Assembly: GCA_009103225.1 (NCBI GenBank) | Contig: RHPI01002402.1 | Location: 310,001 to 374,000 of the forward strand | Direction: 5' to 3' | DNA from: Chlorokybus atmophyticus | Taxonomy: Eukaryota > Plantae > Mesostigma and Chlorokybus algae | Length of the DNA: 64,000 nt | Part shown: positions 62,301 through 64,000 of the stretch, piece by piece | Position numbering within the stretch: the stretch's first letter is position 1 | Layout of the letters: every line of letters begins with the position of its first letter | Notes under the pieces: model-generated | Told to the model about the DNA's origin: nothing | Database searches by the model: none | What the model saw: only the letters and a program-made list of their open reading frames with translations | Position numbers and translations under genes: made by a program

Positions 62301-64000
62301 CGCGTGTATGCATTGCTGTGTTGTGTTACCAGCAAAAGCGTCGCTCAGAAACAAAGTTCACCAAATCCTCTCTCTCTCTCTCTCTCACCACAGGGCTGCT
62401 GGTGAGCACTGCGTGTTGGCGACCAAGGGCGAGGAGGACAACCAGTGGATCCTCGTGCTCTGCAACGCCATCGGAAGCCCAGTCGACTCCAAATACATCA
62501 GCGTCGAACCACTCTTCATCACAATGACCTCAGTAAGGAGGAGTTACTGAATAAGTCTCTCAGCTTCCCATTGCATTTACTTAAACTCTCTCTCTCTCTC
62601 TCTCTTCCCCTCCAGACCCATGTGGTGGTGTGTAGCGAGGAGCTCGTTTACGTCTGGTCCTTCGGTTCCCGTGGCGCCAAGGGTGGTGTTGGTGTTGGTA
62701 GTGTGGACTCGTCTACCTCGGCGGGCGTGTCGTCGCTGGCGGCCAGCCTCGCGGCCAGTCTGGCGGTGTCCGCCGGGGGGAGTGGGGGAACTGGGGGGGC
62801 GCCGGGGAGAAAGGACGGGAATGAAGTCACGTTCCATGTGGATTTGCCGCCGGGGGGAACAACGGCAGAGGTGAGGGATGTGTGTGTGTGTGCGCGGCGT
62901 GCGTGCGTGCGTGTGGGTGGGTGGGTGGGTGTGCATGTGTACCTGTATTTTGTTTTGCTGTATACATGATTCTGATTTGTTGGGATAATTATGTTCATGT
63001 TTCTGCATGTGCATGTGCGCGTGCGTGTGTTGTTCGTCTGCTTTGCACAAAAATAACACAATCTCTGTACCTCCCCTGTCCAGGTCAGGAGTGCTCTATC
63101 CACTCGCGACGCCATTTGCGCCGTCTGCGCTTCCTCCACCTCCTTCTCGTCATCATCATTATCCGATGCCTCCTCCAGCAGCGGTCCTCTCCTCGTCGTG
63201 GCGCGCGAGAGCGGCATACTGCACATGTACTCACTCTCAGCAACGTCAGCGGCGGCGTCGGCGGCAGGCGGCACGGCGCATGCGGGGGTCAAGATGCTCG
63301 GAAAGCGGGTGCTGCGATGCAGGCCACAGAGTATGTGTGTGTGTGTGCTGAGGTGTAACATTGTGCGTGTGCGCGCGCGTGCGTGCGTGCGTGCGTGCGT
63401 GTTTGTAAGTGTATCTGAGAGTGCATGCGTGCGTGCGCGTGCGTGCGTGCACCTACAGTTGGTCTGCATGCACAATACTTACATGTCCTTTGATCGCAGT
63501 CATGGAGCTCAACTGCACGTCTTCACGGCTGGCCGTGATCGACATCTCCGGCGCCTTGTGGTTCCACCTACTCGCCACCGACACCAGCACCACCGAGACA
63601 GACAACCCCAACCCCAACCCCAACACCTCCACCGCCACCACCACCAACAACAACAACAACTCCAACAGCGACACCAGCAACCTCCTGACCGCTCGCAAGG
63701 AGTGTTGGGCCGTTCGTTGGAGCGCGGACGACCCTCTCCTCCTCGCCGTGGCGGAGAAGGCGCGCATGTATGTGTTGAGAGGTGACGACGGGGACCCCGA
63801 GGAGCCCGTGGCCTCCTCGGCGTATTTATGTTCATTTCAGAACCTGGAAGTGAAAGGGGTGCTGATGGATGAAGTCATGAGGACGCCGGATAACCCGGAT
63901 AAGGAGTGCGTCGTGGAGTATGAGGCGAGGTCGTTGAGGGATACGAGACATATACTGCAGCATGTTGGACTCGTGAGTGATGCTGATTGTGAGCACACAA
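59301..64000 (+). CDS. WDR35: WDR35 / IFT121 (IFT-A complex), truncated by the window end
   Basis: [79 protein letters not shown] and RSLRDTR. Confidence 0.97.
61630..61796. other. Assembly gap inside a C-rich WDR35 intron end
   Basis: N run flanked by CCCAC tracts. Confidence 0.95.

Overview
Eukaryotic genomic DNA with short GT-AG introns, from a green-lineage organism that builds flagella (WDR35/IFT121 is present). NUP155 and a PAO2/3/4-type polyamine oxidase look very land-plant-like, so an early-diverging streptophyte alga is my guess; this is inference only. Left to right: the tail of an unknown gene; a DGAT2 with a long multi-TM N-terminus (-); two decayed Ty3/Gypsy elements (-), one with a chromodomain and one with a PHD finger, each followed by the same ~267-bp multi-hairpin cassette; a SAM methyltransferase (-); a J-domain protein whose C-terminal part resembles GPATCH11/DUF4187 (-); two identical tRNA-Asp(GUC) genes bracketing an apparently intact intron-containing DD35D pogo/Fot-like transposon, a probable Copia relic and a tandem duplication; SPT2 (+); a large coiled-coil gene (-); a peroxisomal polyamine oxidase (+); a Mis12-like gene head-to-head with NUP155; long GA/CT microsatellites; and WDR35 running off the end. 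The most unusual signals are: (1) a repeating C-to-G strand-skew switch at synonymous sites inside the exons of WDR35 and the J-domain gene, coupled to CpG-rich (CACG)n introns; (2) the J-domain/GPATCH11-like domain swap; (3) the shared hairpin cassette; (4) several snap-back palindromic insertions. All calls were made by eye from motifs and splice signals. No database search was run, and identities are estimates.
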